A DNA stretch of 10,062 bases from a plasmid. Of this stretch, positions 1 to 6,872 are shown piece after piece (positions within the stretch are counted from its first letter, which is position 1; each line of letters opens with the position of its first letter). A model generated the notes under the pieces. It did not search any database. It worked only from the letters and a program-made list of their open reading frames with translations, and was not told the origin of the DNA. Made by a program: the position numbers and the translations under genes. Location of the stretch: sequence record NZ_CP087609.1; one strand, written 5' to 3'.

Positions 1-214
1 GATGTTTGAACCAGAGGCCTATGCGGGAAAAATGTGCACCGTGCGGATATCCATACAACGTGATGGCACTCTGAACAGCGCCATTGCTGAAGGAGGAGAT
101 CCGAAACTCTGTAAAGCAGCAATATCAGCCGTTACCCACGCCAAAATTCCGCCGGCACCGGATGAAAATACCTGGCAAATATTCAAAAACGCCCCTCTGG
201 ATTTCAGACCATGA
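1..214 (+). CDS. 3' portion of a TolA C-terminal (domain III)-like protein. It is partial at the window edge and is probably the continuation of the lipoprotein ORF at 9905-10062 across a circular junction.
   Basis: The frame-2 ORF ends ...YAGKMCTVRISIQRDGTLNSAIAEGGDPKLCKAAISAVTHAKIPPAPDENTWQIFKNAPLDFRP*. This aligns residue-for-residue with my recollection of the E. coli TolA C-terminus (SSYAGKTCTLRIKLAPDGMLLDIKPEGGDPALCQAALAAAKLAKIPKPP...VFKNAPLDFKP), including both cysteines. The stop TGA at 212-214 overlaps the ATG of the next gene (ATGA). Confidence 0.7.
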   Translation, partial: MFEPEAYAGKMCTVRISIQRDGTLNSAIAEGGDPKLCKAAISAVTHAKIPPAPDENTWQIFKNAPLDFRP

Positions 215-576
215 AAGCTTTTACTCTGACAGTGCTGGCGGCCATGTTCCTCACTCCGGTACATGCGATACCACTAAAACCCGTAACCACACTGCAGCCA
301 ACCTACCCGGTACAGGCCGCAGCAAAACGCATCGAAGGTCAGGTGACCGCCACGTTTGATATTCTGGACGATGGACGAGTGGACAACGTGTCGCTTACCG
401 GCTGTCACCTTTTTTTTCGGGAAACGCTGACGGCAATGAGGCACTGGCTATATCCCGCAGGGCACCCGGCAATGCGACAGGTTATAAATTTTGAATTCAG
501 TCTGAAAAATGACGGCTTACAGGATCCGCGACCAGTCACCACCCAAAAGCTCAATGATGATGGTTGCCGCCAGTAA
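211..576 (+). CDS. Exported stand-alone TonB C-terminal-domain protein (121 aa). It has a signal peptide and lacks a TonB-like N-terminal anchor and proline-rich spacer.
   Basis: The N-terminus MKAFTLTVLAAMFLTPVHA looks like a Sec signal peptide. The core YPVQAAAKRIEGQVTATFDILDDGRVDNVSLTGCHLFFRETLTAMRHWLYP matches the TonB CTD signature ([32 protein letters not shown]...FEREVKNAMRRWRYEP) as I recall it. It is translationally coupled to the upstream TolA-like ORF. Confidence 0.7.
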   Translation: MKAFTLTVLAAMFLTPVHAIPLKPVTTLQPTYPVQAAAKRIEGQVTATFDILDDGRVDNVSLTGCHLFFRETLTAMRHWLYPAGHPAMRQVINFEFSLKNDGLQDPRPVTTQKLNDDGCRQ

Positions 577-711
577 CAGGTCCTTTAACCCGCAGGCTGC
601 AATAGTCCTGGATGATGAGTGAGCCTGTAGCAGCCCTGATTAGTGGAAGCGAAGCTGAAAAATGGGCAGCAAAAGCCGTATTTCTGGCAAATAGCGCCGC
701 CACGGATTAAA

Positions 712-738
712 GTAGTCATGTGTAATACATATGACTAC
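712..738. promoter_or_regulatory. Imperfect 27-bp palindrome immediately upstream of the antitoxin RBS. It is a candidate autoregulatory operator and promoter for the toxin-antitoxin operon.
   Basis: GTAGTCATgtgtaatacatATGACTAC has perfect outer 8-bp arms and a partly symmetric core. An embedded TAATAC hexamer and an upstream cTGgCA at about 684-689 could serve as -10 and -35. An RBS AAAGGGG follows at 741-747. Confidence 0.4.
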
Positions 739-750
739 AAAGGGGCTTTT

Positions 751-1029
751 ATGTCATCAGCAACATCCATCAGGCTCGATGAAGAACTTAAGGACCGGCT
801 GAAAACGCTGGCCGATGACCGGCACCGCTCAGCGCACGCGCTAATGCTGGAGGCAATCACCGAATACATCGACCGGGAAGAGAAGCGCAGCCAGTACCTG
901 CGGGACGGACAGGCCGCATGGCAGCACTATCAGGAAACGGGTCTGCACCTTACTGCGGAAGAAGCGGAAGCCTGGATAAGTACCTGGGGAACTGAGAACG
1001 AGCAGGATGCTCCGCCATGCCACAGGTAA
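751..1029 (+). CDS. Ribbon-helix-helix (CopG/ParD-like) antitoxin of a type II toxin-antitoxin pair (92 aa from the ATG at 751).
   Basis: MSSATSIRLDEELKDRLKTLADDRHRSAHALMLEAITEYI has the beta-strand/helix pattern of RHH antitoxins. A good RBS precedes the ATG at 751. The ORF-track start at 643 lacks an RBS, so I prefer 751. Its 3' end overlaps the toxin start, giving a stop/start overlap. Confidence 0.7.
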   Translation: MSSATSIRLDEELKDRLKTLADDRHRSAHALMLEAITEYIDREEKRSQYLRDGQAAWQHYQETGLHLTAEEAEAWISTWGTENEQDAPPCHR

Positions 1030-1331
1030 CGATTTCCGCGCTGGCACAGCGCGATTTACAACGCCTTCAGGACTTTCTCAAAACCAAAAATCGGCTGGCA
1101 GCCAGAAAAGGAGGTGAGGTGATCGTCCGGGCTATCCAGCAACTGAAAACATTGCCAGACATTGGCCGCCCGGTGCCGTTTCTGCCGCTGGAATATAAGG
1201 AACTGGTGATCGGGTTTGGCGACAGTGGCTATGTGATGCTCTACCGCCACGACCGGGAAATGGACCAGATTGTGATCGTCACCGTCAGGCATCAGAAAGA
1301 ATCCGGGTATCCGGGGGCAGACAGCCTCTAA
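1017..1331 (+). CDS. ParE/RelE-family toxin (104 aa).
   Basis: The size, position immediately after and overlapping a RHH antitoxin gene, and a sequence pattern (…KELVIGFGDSGYVMLYRHDREMDQIVIVTVRHQKE) typical of RelE/ParE-fold toxins support the call. The ATG at 1017 overlaps the antitoxin 3' end. Confidence 0.75.
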   Translation: MPQVTISALAQRDLQRLQDFLKTKNRLAARKGGEVIVRAIQQLKTLPDIGRPVPFLPLEYKELVIGFGDSGYVMLYRHDREMDQIVIVTVRHQKESGYPGADSL

Positions 1332-1494
1332 TAACCGATGACGGGGGCGCAATTCATTGCGTGGCCGTCGCCGGTTTGACAAGCGCAGCGCGTCAGAAAA
1401 CCACATCCTGAACGGAAAAACGGGTAAAATTCAGCGATACATTTACCGTGAGAAATTACACACCTTTCACACCCGATAAAATCAGGGGTATACA

Positions 1495-1923
1495 GTGGCG
1501 AAAACATTGCTCAACCTTTCACAGGCAGCACAAGCCGCGGGCATTACCAGAAGAACGCTATACAATCATGTAAAACAGGGAAAGGTTACCGTGTCACGTG
1601 ACGGGAAAAACAACCCTGTCGTGGATGTGTCAGAACTGATCCGTGTATACGGAAATGTGAATATCCCTGAGAAACAAATTCCCGGCATTTCACACCGTGA
1701 AAATACACAAAAAAATTTCCCACAGGAACAGCTTCTGGCAATGCAAAAGGAACTGGCCGATCTCCGGCAGGCTGTCACCCTGATGCTGGAAGATAAAACA
1801 TCCCGGGAAGAAGAACGCCGCCAGCACGATGATGAGCGCCGGAAACTCCAGGCCGAAGTGGACAGATTGACAACAGAACTGACACAGAAGAAAAAACGCT
1901 TCTGGTCCGGCTGGTTTAGCTGA
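1495..1923 (+). CDS. HTH (excisionase/MerR-like, HTH_17-type) DNA-binding protein with a C-terminal charged coiled coil (142 aa, GTG start).
   Basis: The N-terminus LLNLSQAAQAAGITRRTLYNHVKQGKV is a classic HTH_17 motif. The C-terminal half is rich in E, R and K and in heptad-like repeats. An RBS AGGGGTA lies 6 nt upstream of the GTG at 1495. Confidence 0.55.
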   Translation: MAKTLLNLSQAAQAAGITRRTLYNHVKQGKVTVSRDGKNNPVVDVSELIRVYGNVNIPEKQIPGISHRENTQKNFPQEQLLAMQKELADLRQAVTLMLEDKTSREEERRQHDDERRKLQAEVDRLTTELTQKKKRFWSGWFS

Positions 1924-1948
1924 GAACTTACCGAAGGGAATGGAGAAC

Positions 1949-2128
1949 ATGACGAAGCAGGAAAAAACTGCCCTCAATATGGCTAAATTCATTAAGGATC
2001 AGTCGCTGCTGTTGCTGGAAAAGCTGAACGAGCTGGACATGGATACCCCGGCCGACATGTGCGAACGGCTTCACGAGGATGCGGAAACACTCTGGCAGGT
2101 GATGCGGGATAAGCTCGGGGAAGAATAA
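1949..2128 (+). CDS. rop: Rom/Rop RNA-one-modulator protein (59 aa from the second ATG).
   Basis: MTKQEKTALNMAKFIKDQSLLLLEKLNELD... closely matches my recollection of pMB1/ColE1 Rop (MTKQEKTALNMARFIRSQTLTLLEKLNELDADEQADICESLHDHADELY...). The ATG at 1949 gives the canonical N-terminus. The ORF-track start at 1940 would add MEN. Confidence 0.85.
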   Translation: MTKQEKTALNMAKFIKDQSLLLLEKLNELDMDTPADMCERLHEDAETLWQVMRDKLGEE

Positions 2129-2163
2129 CAGCACCGGCCATGCCGGTGCTGGCGTTATTTTTT
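2129..2163. terminator. Bidirectional rho-independent terminator between the convergent rop and mob operons.
   Basis: A 9-bp stem CAGCACCGG/CCGGTGCTG (2129-2137 and 2143-2151) with loop CCATG is followed on the plus strand by TTATTTTTT. On the minus strand the same hairpin follows the stop of the 176-aa ORF and is followed by a U-rich tract, UUAUUCUUCC. Confidence 0.6.
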
Positions 2164-2685
2164 GCCGAACGGCCACCACCGGCGGGCGGGTTTGTCCTCC
2201 GGCAGTTCAGGCACCGGCACGTTAAAATAGCGGCTGTTATATTCCCGCATCAGCTCCGCTTTCAGCTTCTCGTTCACCGCGCTTTCCCCGTGCCGCTCGC
2301 TGACCACCTCAATCATCGCGTTAATCTGCTCCGGTGAGCACTTCCCGGCATCAACCACCTGCACACCGTTCTCGATGGCGAACCGCTCCACCTTTCGATA
2401 GAGGTAATCACACAGCTTCATTCCTGTGGGTTTGTCCCGTTCCCATTGCGGATTTTCACCGGTGAAAAAGTACGTGGCTTTTTCGTCGCTGTTGAGCCGC
2501 TCGTCATACATCCCGATGGATTTCATCATCGCCAGATGCTGGGCCCGGTCGACAAAACAGAAAACATACGCCCCGGTCTGCCAGGCGAGCACCACCATGT
2601 CTTCCAGATGCTCGCTGGTTGGCATAATGCAGCGCTCGCCGTCTTTGTCTTCCACGTCCTCAATAAATACCATGTACAGCGCCAT
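2155..2685 (-). CDS. Hypothetical 176-aa protein, the last gene of the mobB-mobC operon. Its function is unknown.
   Basis: The ORF has GGAG 10 nt upstream of its ATG and starts 6 nt after the mobC stop. Its GC content and codon usage match the upstream mob genes. I recognise no family motif. Confidence 0.55.
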   Translation of the reverse strand: MALYMVFIEDVEDKDGERCIMPTSEHLEDMVVLAWQTGAYVFCFVDRAQHLAMMKSIGMYDERLNSDEKATYFFTGENPQWERDKPTGMKLCDYLYRKVERFAIENGVQVVDAGKCSPEQINAMIEVVSERHGESAVNEKLKAELMREYNSRYFNVPVPELPEDKPARRWWPFGKK

Positions 2686-2691
2686 AATCCC

Positions 2692-3423
2692 TCACTCCGT
2701 TGTCATAAATTTAAAGCACGCGAACAGCCTCTCCCGGTCCAGCTCCACCGTTTTGCGGGCCTCGCCGGTCTGTGGATTCACGATTTCATCCACCGCCAGA
2801 ATCGCCCGCTGTACCCGGACAAGCGTCGGCCGGTCAGGGCAGATGTACCAGATTTCATCGATGCCGTTCGCCCGGCGGTTGAACAGATACCCGGACACCA
2901 CTTCCTGATACCGCCTGCGGCTCTTGACGGTGCGCTCTACCTCAAATGCCACCGTTCTGCCGTCCAGCTCCGCCAGCGCGTCCGGCACTTTCATCCCTTT
3001 CAGGGCCATACGGTGCAGGTACCGCCAGCCGGTGGCCCCCCGGCCCTCCATGGAGAGGCGCAGGGACTGCACGGCCAGCCGGTGCGGCAGCTGCGCCGCC
3101 GACACCCTTGACGGCTGAAACGGAATAACGTCCGTCAGCGGCTCGTCCTCGTCGAACGAGAACGCCACCCCGTGCGGCGTCAGCCCCCACACGCTGACCT
3201 GACGGCCGTCAACCGGGTATTTCGCCCGGACCAGCAGCCCTTTCGCCACCAGACTGTCCAGGAAGCGGTAAACCGGCTGTACCGCCGCAATCCCCAGCCG
3301 TCGCGCAACCAGCTCCGCCGTGGAACACAGCTCTTCCCGCAGCCAGCGCAGGGTCAGCCGTGTTTTCTCCGCGTTCCGCGCCTGCCGCTTCGCGTGGCTG
3401 ACGTTGTACTGCTCCAGTGTCAT
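2692..3423 (-). CDS. mobC: MobC-like MOBC-family relaxase with an N-terminal winged-helix (243 aa).
   Basis: The 243-aa ORF has its ATG overlapping the stop of the upstream coupling-protein gene (TGATG). It carries a winged-HTH-like segment (ELVARRLGIAAVQPVYRFLDSLVAKGLLVR) and a D...E-x-K-like acidic/basic cluster (ELDGRTVAFEVERTVK). The gene order and the sizes 654 and 243 aa match my recollection of the CloDF13 mobB-mobC arrangement. The family assignment comes from memory, not from a search. Confidence 0.6.
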   Translation of the reverse strand: MTLEQYNVSHAKRQARNAEKTRLTLRWLREELCSTAELVARRLGIAAVQPVYRFLDSLVAKGLLVRAKYPVDGRQVSVWGLTPHGVAFSFDEDEPLTDVIPFQPSRVSAAQLPHRLAVQSLRLSMEGRGATGWRYLHRMALKGMKVPDALAELDGRTVAFEVERTVKSRRRYQEVVSGYLFNRRANGIDEIWYICPDRPTLVRVQRAILAVDEIVNPQTGEARKTVELDRERLFACFKFMTTE

Positions 3424-5387
3424 CAGTAAAGCCCCGCAAAATCATCATCCGCTTTTGGTCCGCCGCCGTCGGCCGGAGGCAGGTACTCCGCCAGCGGGTC
3501 CGTTTTCGCCAGCACCGGGAAGGTTTTCAGCGAAATTTCCCGGCGCTCAACCCGCAGCGGGCTGCTGAACGCCAGCCGCGCCACGCCCAGCCCGGTCATC
3601 ACCGCGAACCCGTCAGGCAGGTGTTGCAGGGTGTTCACGTCAAACAGCGGCCGCGCCTCCTTCTGGATGAAGCTGTCGCCGCTGATGTGCTCCACGTTCC
3701 CCGCCTCCCGGCTGGCCCGGCGGCGCTCCACGTCCACCCGGATCTCCCCGGTCTGGCCCGCCGCCCACTGCGCGGACTCCTGGCTGGCCGCGCGATAGAA
3801 CCAGCGGATCGGCGTGTTATCCAGTACCGTGGTTTTCACAAAATCAGCGGGCAGATCCTGCCCGCACTGACCGAAGTCGCCCAGCGACTGGTGCGCGAGC
3901 AGCAGGTTGCAGTCCCGGCTGCGCAGCGTCCCCAGCGCGTTCAGCACGTACTTCGACAGCAGATATTTAATCTCATCGAGCATGATGCTCGCGTGCGGCC
4001 ACCTCCGGAACTCATCCCGCGCAATGATGATTTGCGCGCAGCGGGCAAACAGCATCTTCTGCACCCGGATCACCGCCTCATCGTCCATCGAGCCGATGAC
4101 GTACAGGCAGCCGCCGCCGTTGATTATCCCCGCCACATCGATACCGCTGTCCGTCTGCAGGACGCTCAGGTCGGCCACGTTCTCCAGCTTGGTGATCAGC
4201 CCCTTCACGTCCTTTTTCAGGGCCTCCGGCAACGCGTACGCCGCCGCCAGCACCTGCTGAATGTTTGCCCCCTGCGGGAACTGCTCCGCAATCAGCTTCG
4301 CCGCTTTCTGCTCGCTGATGCGGTAGTGGTCCGCCACGTCGCCGGTCTCACTCAGGTTAAACCCGGCAACCAGCAGATTCTTCAGGGCGTACTGGTCGAG
4401 ATCGCGGAACAGATTCAGCTGCGCCGGTTTCCCCGGCCGCAGATCCAGCAGGGTGAAGTCCGGGCAGTGCGCCCGGAAGACGTGCGGCGCCCACGCGTCC
4501 CCTTTGGGGTCGAAGTACACCACAGCGTCCCCGAAATCGCGTACGCAGCGAATGAGCGCGTTGGTGGCCATCGCGCTCTTGCCGCTCCCGGGCAGGCCGA
4601 GGATCTGAATATTGGTCTTGCGCCAGGTATCACGAGGGACCAGCACCGGCTGGCCCTGCTCATCCTTACCCAGAAACACCGCCTGCTGTTTCCGGGCCTG
4701 CTCCGTGGAAAAATCGGCCAGCGCGTTAACCGGTACCGGCTCCCCGAAATGCAGGTGGCGGACGTCTGTCATTTCTCCGGTCCGCTGGCTGCTGCGCCGG
4801 CTCTCCTGATTCAGTTTCGCGTTCACCGCCTCGTCAGCGGCCGCAAAATGACCATCAAGCAGCAGGAACGCCAGCAGCCGCGCCAGAAGGACGCCGGCGA
4901 CAAGCCCTCCGGCACACCAGGCTATCCCGAACAGGTTAGCCGGCTGCAGCAGGTAATAATCTGCGTTCGCATAGAGGTCCGGGCGCAGGACGGTTTCTCC
5001 CCAGCTCTCGATAAACACGGCGACAACCAGCCCCCCCAGAAGGGCCAGACCGGCAGCGCCGGTCAGCCAGTACGCGTAGTTCCAGACATGTCGCCGTGCC
5101 CTGACCATCCGCCCGGGTGAATCCAGCGAGGCCAGCACCGAAAATGGCACAGTCCGGTTATTATCGCGCTTATAGCGATCGGCATACTCCCGCCGCGCCT
5201 TATGGCTCAGCCCCACAAAACGCATTCGGCCGGCCCAGAGTTCAGCCAGACCGAAAAACAGGCCGATAACCAGAAAAAAACCGGCCAGACTGTAATACTC
5301 CCGGTACAGCCAGCTGACCCACGGGTAAATCTGCCGGGCCAGCTCCGGGATATGCCACTGCCAGGCAAGCGAATCCGTATTAAACAT
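3423..5387 (-). CDS. mobB: Type IV coupling protein (VirD4/TraG/TraD-like, CloDF13 MobB-like), 654 aa with N-terminal transmembrane segments.
   Basis: The N-terminal 150 aa contain at least two long hydrophobic segments. A Walker A motif ILGLPGSGKS sits within a T4CP-like core (VLVPRDTWRKTNIQILGLPGSGKSAMATNALI...). A strong RBS AAGGAGAGAG precedes the ATG at 5387. Confidence 0.8.
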   Translation of the reverse strand: MFNTDSLAWQWHIPELARQIYPWVSWLYREYYSLAGFFLVIGLFFGLAELWAGRMRFVGLSHKARREYADRYKRDNNRTVPFSVLASLDSPGRMVRARRHVWNYAYWLTGAAGLALLGGLVVAVFIESWGETVLRPDLYANADYYLLQPANLFGIAWCAGGLVAGVLLARLLAFLLLDGHFAAADEAVNAKLNQESRRSSQRTGEMTDVRHLHFGEPVPVNALADFSTEQARKQQAVFLGKDEQGQPVLVPRDTWRKTNIQILGLPGSGKSAMATNALIRCVRDFGDAVVYFDPKGDAWAPHVFRAHCPDFTLLDLRPGKPAQLNLFRDLDQYALKNLLVAGFNLSETGDVADHYRISEQKAAKLIAEQFPQGANIQQVLAAAYALPEALKKDVKGLITKLENVADLSVLQTDSGIDVAGIINGGGCLYVIGSMDDEAVIRVQKMLFARCAQIIIARDEFRRWPHASIMLDEIKYLLSKYVLNALGTLRSRDCNLLLAHQSLGDFGQCGQDLPADFVKTTVLDNTPIRWFYRAASQESAQWAAGQTGEIRVDVERRRASREAGNVEHISGDSFIQKEARPLFDVNTLQHLPDGFAVMTGLGVARLAFSSPLRVERREISLKTFPVLAKTDPLAEYLPPADGGGPKADDDFAGLY

Positions 5388-5399
5388 GCAATCTCTCTC

Positions 5400-5940
5400 C
5401 TTCAGACGACGGGTTTACCGGCGTGATGCGCAGCCCCCGCTGCACAAGCCGCGGACATGCCCCAAGGCATGGCGGCGGCGGTCACGTCCGTGGTGATTGC
5501 GTTCAGCTTTCACCGCGGAGGCCAGCCTCTTTCCGCCCCATGCGGAAAAGGCGCAGCCCCGGAGGAACAACGAGCACGCCCCAGCGTGTGAGAGGAAAAG
5601 GCGGCACCCCAGTGCGGTCTTTTCCGGTGTTCCGGCCCCCGTCAGAGTTCGCCATAGCGAGCGGCTGACCACCCGCAAAATCAGGAGCAGCTTTGCTGCT
5701 TCGTCAGGTGCGTCCAGCACCGTGGATTTTTGTGGGTGGTCAGGCGTGAGCCTGACGGGGGCCGGGTGAATTTCTGGCGTGGCCGGCGTCCAGCCGGACA
5801 GAGCCAGAAAGAGGGGAAAAGACCGTGCGTCGGTGGCGTCCAGCCAGCGTAAGCAAGGTCTTTTCCCCTGAAGTCAGCCACGCCCCAGCGGGGATGACTT
5901 GCATTTCTCCGCAAGGAGAAAAAAGCAACAGAGATAGGTT
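5400..5940. other. GC-rich non-coding block upstream of mobB carrying hairpins and short direct repeats. It is a candidate oriT and leader of the mob operon.
   Basis: I find no protein-like ORF here. A hairpin at 5528-5550 reads CTTTCCGC-cccat-GCGGAAAAG. A direct repeat GAAAAGGCG(C/G)CA(G/C)CCCC occurs at about 5545 and 5596. GCGTCCAGC occurs three times, at 5710, 5786 and 5836. A hairpin GTCAGGC-gtga-GCCTGAC at 5739-5756 is preceded by TGTGGGTG. A 12-bp inverted repeat GGGGAAAAGACC/GGTCTTTTCCCC (5813-5824 and 5858-5869) encloses one GCGTCCAGCC copy. Confidence 0.4.
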
Positions 5941-6673
5941 AACGTAAAATGTTCAGCGAAAAACCGACATGGTTCACCTATCCTGATAATTGATCGTCAG
6001 GGAATAGAAAGACTTAATCAGGGGACAATATCCCACATCAGCGCGTCCGGTGACCGTCTTGCAGGTGCCGGGGAAATTGCGCCTCCTCGCTCACTCGGTC
6101 GCTACGCTCCGGGCGTGAGACTGCGGCGGGCGCTGCGGACACATACAAAGTTACCCACAGATTCCGTGGATAAGCAGGGGACTAACATGTGAGGCAAAAC
6201 GGCAGGGCCGCGCCGGTGGCGTTTTTCCATAGGCTCCGCCCTCCTGCCAGAGTTCACATAAACAGACGCTTTTTCGGTGCATCTGTGGGAGCCGTGAGGC
6301 TCAACCATGAATCTGACAGTACGGGCGAAACCCGACAGGACTTAAAGATCCCCACCGTTTCCGGTAGGTCGCTCCCTCTTGCGCTCTCCTGTTCCGACCC
6401 TGCCGTTTACCGGATACCTGTTCCGCCGTTCTCCCTTGCGGGAAGTGTGGCGCTTTCTCATAGCTCACACTACTGGTATCTCGGCTCGGTGTAGGTCGTT
6501 CGCTCCAAGCTGGGCTGTAAGCAAGAACTCCCCGTTCAGCCCGACTGCTGCGCCTTATCCGGTAACTTTCATCTTGAGTCCAACCCGGAAAGACACGCAA
6601 AAACGCCACTGGCAGCAGCCATTGGTAACTGGGAGTTCGCAGAGGATTTGTTTAGCTAAACACGCGGTTGCTC

Positions 6674-6703
6674 TTGAAGTGTGCGCCAAAGTCCGGCTAC
6701 ACT
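6674..6703 (+). promoter_or_regulatory. RNA I promoter (-35 TTGAAG, -10 TACACT).
   Basis: TTGAAG at 6674-6679 and CTACACT at 6697-6703 are positionally equivalent to the pMB1 RNA I promoter. The start is near 6710. Confidence 0.55.
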
Positions 6704-6709
6704 GGAAGG

Positions 6710-6815
6710 ACAGATTTGGTTGCTGTGCTCTGCGAAAGCCAGTTACCCGGTTAAGCAGTTCCCCAACTGACTTAACCTTCGATCAAACCACCTCCCCAGG
6801 TGGTTTTTTCGTTTA
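6710..6815 (+). ncRNA. RNAI: RNA I antisense copy-number regulator.
   Basis: ACAGATTTGGTTGCTGTGCTCTGCGAAAGCCAGTTACC...CACCTCCCCAGGTGGTTTTTTCGTTT parallels pMB1 RNA I (ACAGTATTTGGTATCTGCGCTCTGCTGAAGCCAGTTACC...GGTGGTTTTTTTGTTT). It ends in a stem plus U-run terminator. The loop regions differ from pMB1. Confidence 0.8.
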
Positions 6816-6824
6816 CAGGGCAAA

Positions 6825-6853
6825 AGATTACGCGCAGAAAAAAAGGATCTCAA
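6825..6853 (-). promoter_or_regulatory. RNA II promoter (-35 TTGAGA at 6848-6853, -10 TAATCT at 6825-6830, read on the minus strand).
   Basis: The minus strand reads TTGAGAtcctttttttctgcgcgTAATCT with a 17-bp spacer, as in pMB1. Confidence 0.6.
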
Positions 6854-6862
6854 GAAGATCCT
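6837..6862 (-). terminator. Hairpin plus U7 on the minus strand immediately after the lysis gene. It is the likely terminator of the bacteriocin operon and overlaps the RNA II -35.
   Basis: The minus strand reads AGGATCTtcttgAGATCCT followed by TTTTTTT (complement of A6837-6843). The lysis gene stop is at 6873-6875. Confidence 0.45.
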
Positions 6863-6872
6863 TTGATCTTTT

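Larger units (their letters stand above)
6223..6816 (-). ncRNA. RNAII: RNA II pre-primer of the ColE1-type replicon.
   Basis: The start is inferred 7 nt downstream of the -10 TAATCT on the minus strand. The transcript runs about 590 nt to the conserved AAAAACGCC origin motif (complement of GGCGTTTTT at 6219-6226). Confidence 0.75.

Noticed and set aside
84-359. Plus-strand ORF 84-359 and minus-strand ORF 19-264.
   Set aside because: These are alternative frames of the TolA-like and TonB-CTD genes, which have clear domain matches.
1056-1406. A 116-aa minus-strand ORF.
   Set aside because: It is antisense to the ParE/RelE toxin gene, Arg-rich and without an RBS.
1940-1948. Upstream in-frame ATG for rop (MEN-MTKQEK).
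   Set aside because: Canonical Rop begins MTKQEK and the ATG at 1949 has GGAG a few nucleotides upstream. The ATG at 1940 has no spacer to the purine-rich tract. The call remains uncertain.
3417-5120. A 567-aa plus-strand ORF, and others at 2446-3111, 2426-2908, 2924-3190, 3172-3568, 3907-4260 and 4415-4809, antisense to mobB/mobC.
   Set aside because: These are high-GC antisense reading frames with runs of R, P, A and Q, low complexity and no RBS. They are the expected artefact opposite GC-rich genes whose sense-strand products (T4CP with Walker A, relaxase) are recognisable.
5415-5928. Five overlapping 62-101-aa ORFs on both strands in the GC-rich block.
   Set aside because: The translations are rich in Arg, Pro and Gly, lack RBSs and overlap mutually. 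The region is better explained as an oriT or leader with repeats and hairpins.
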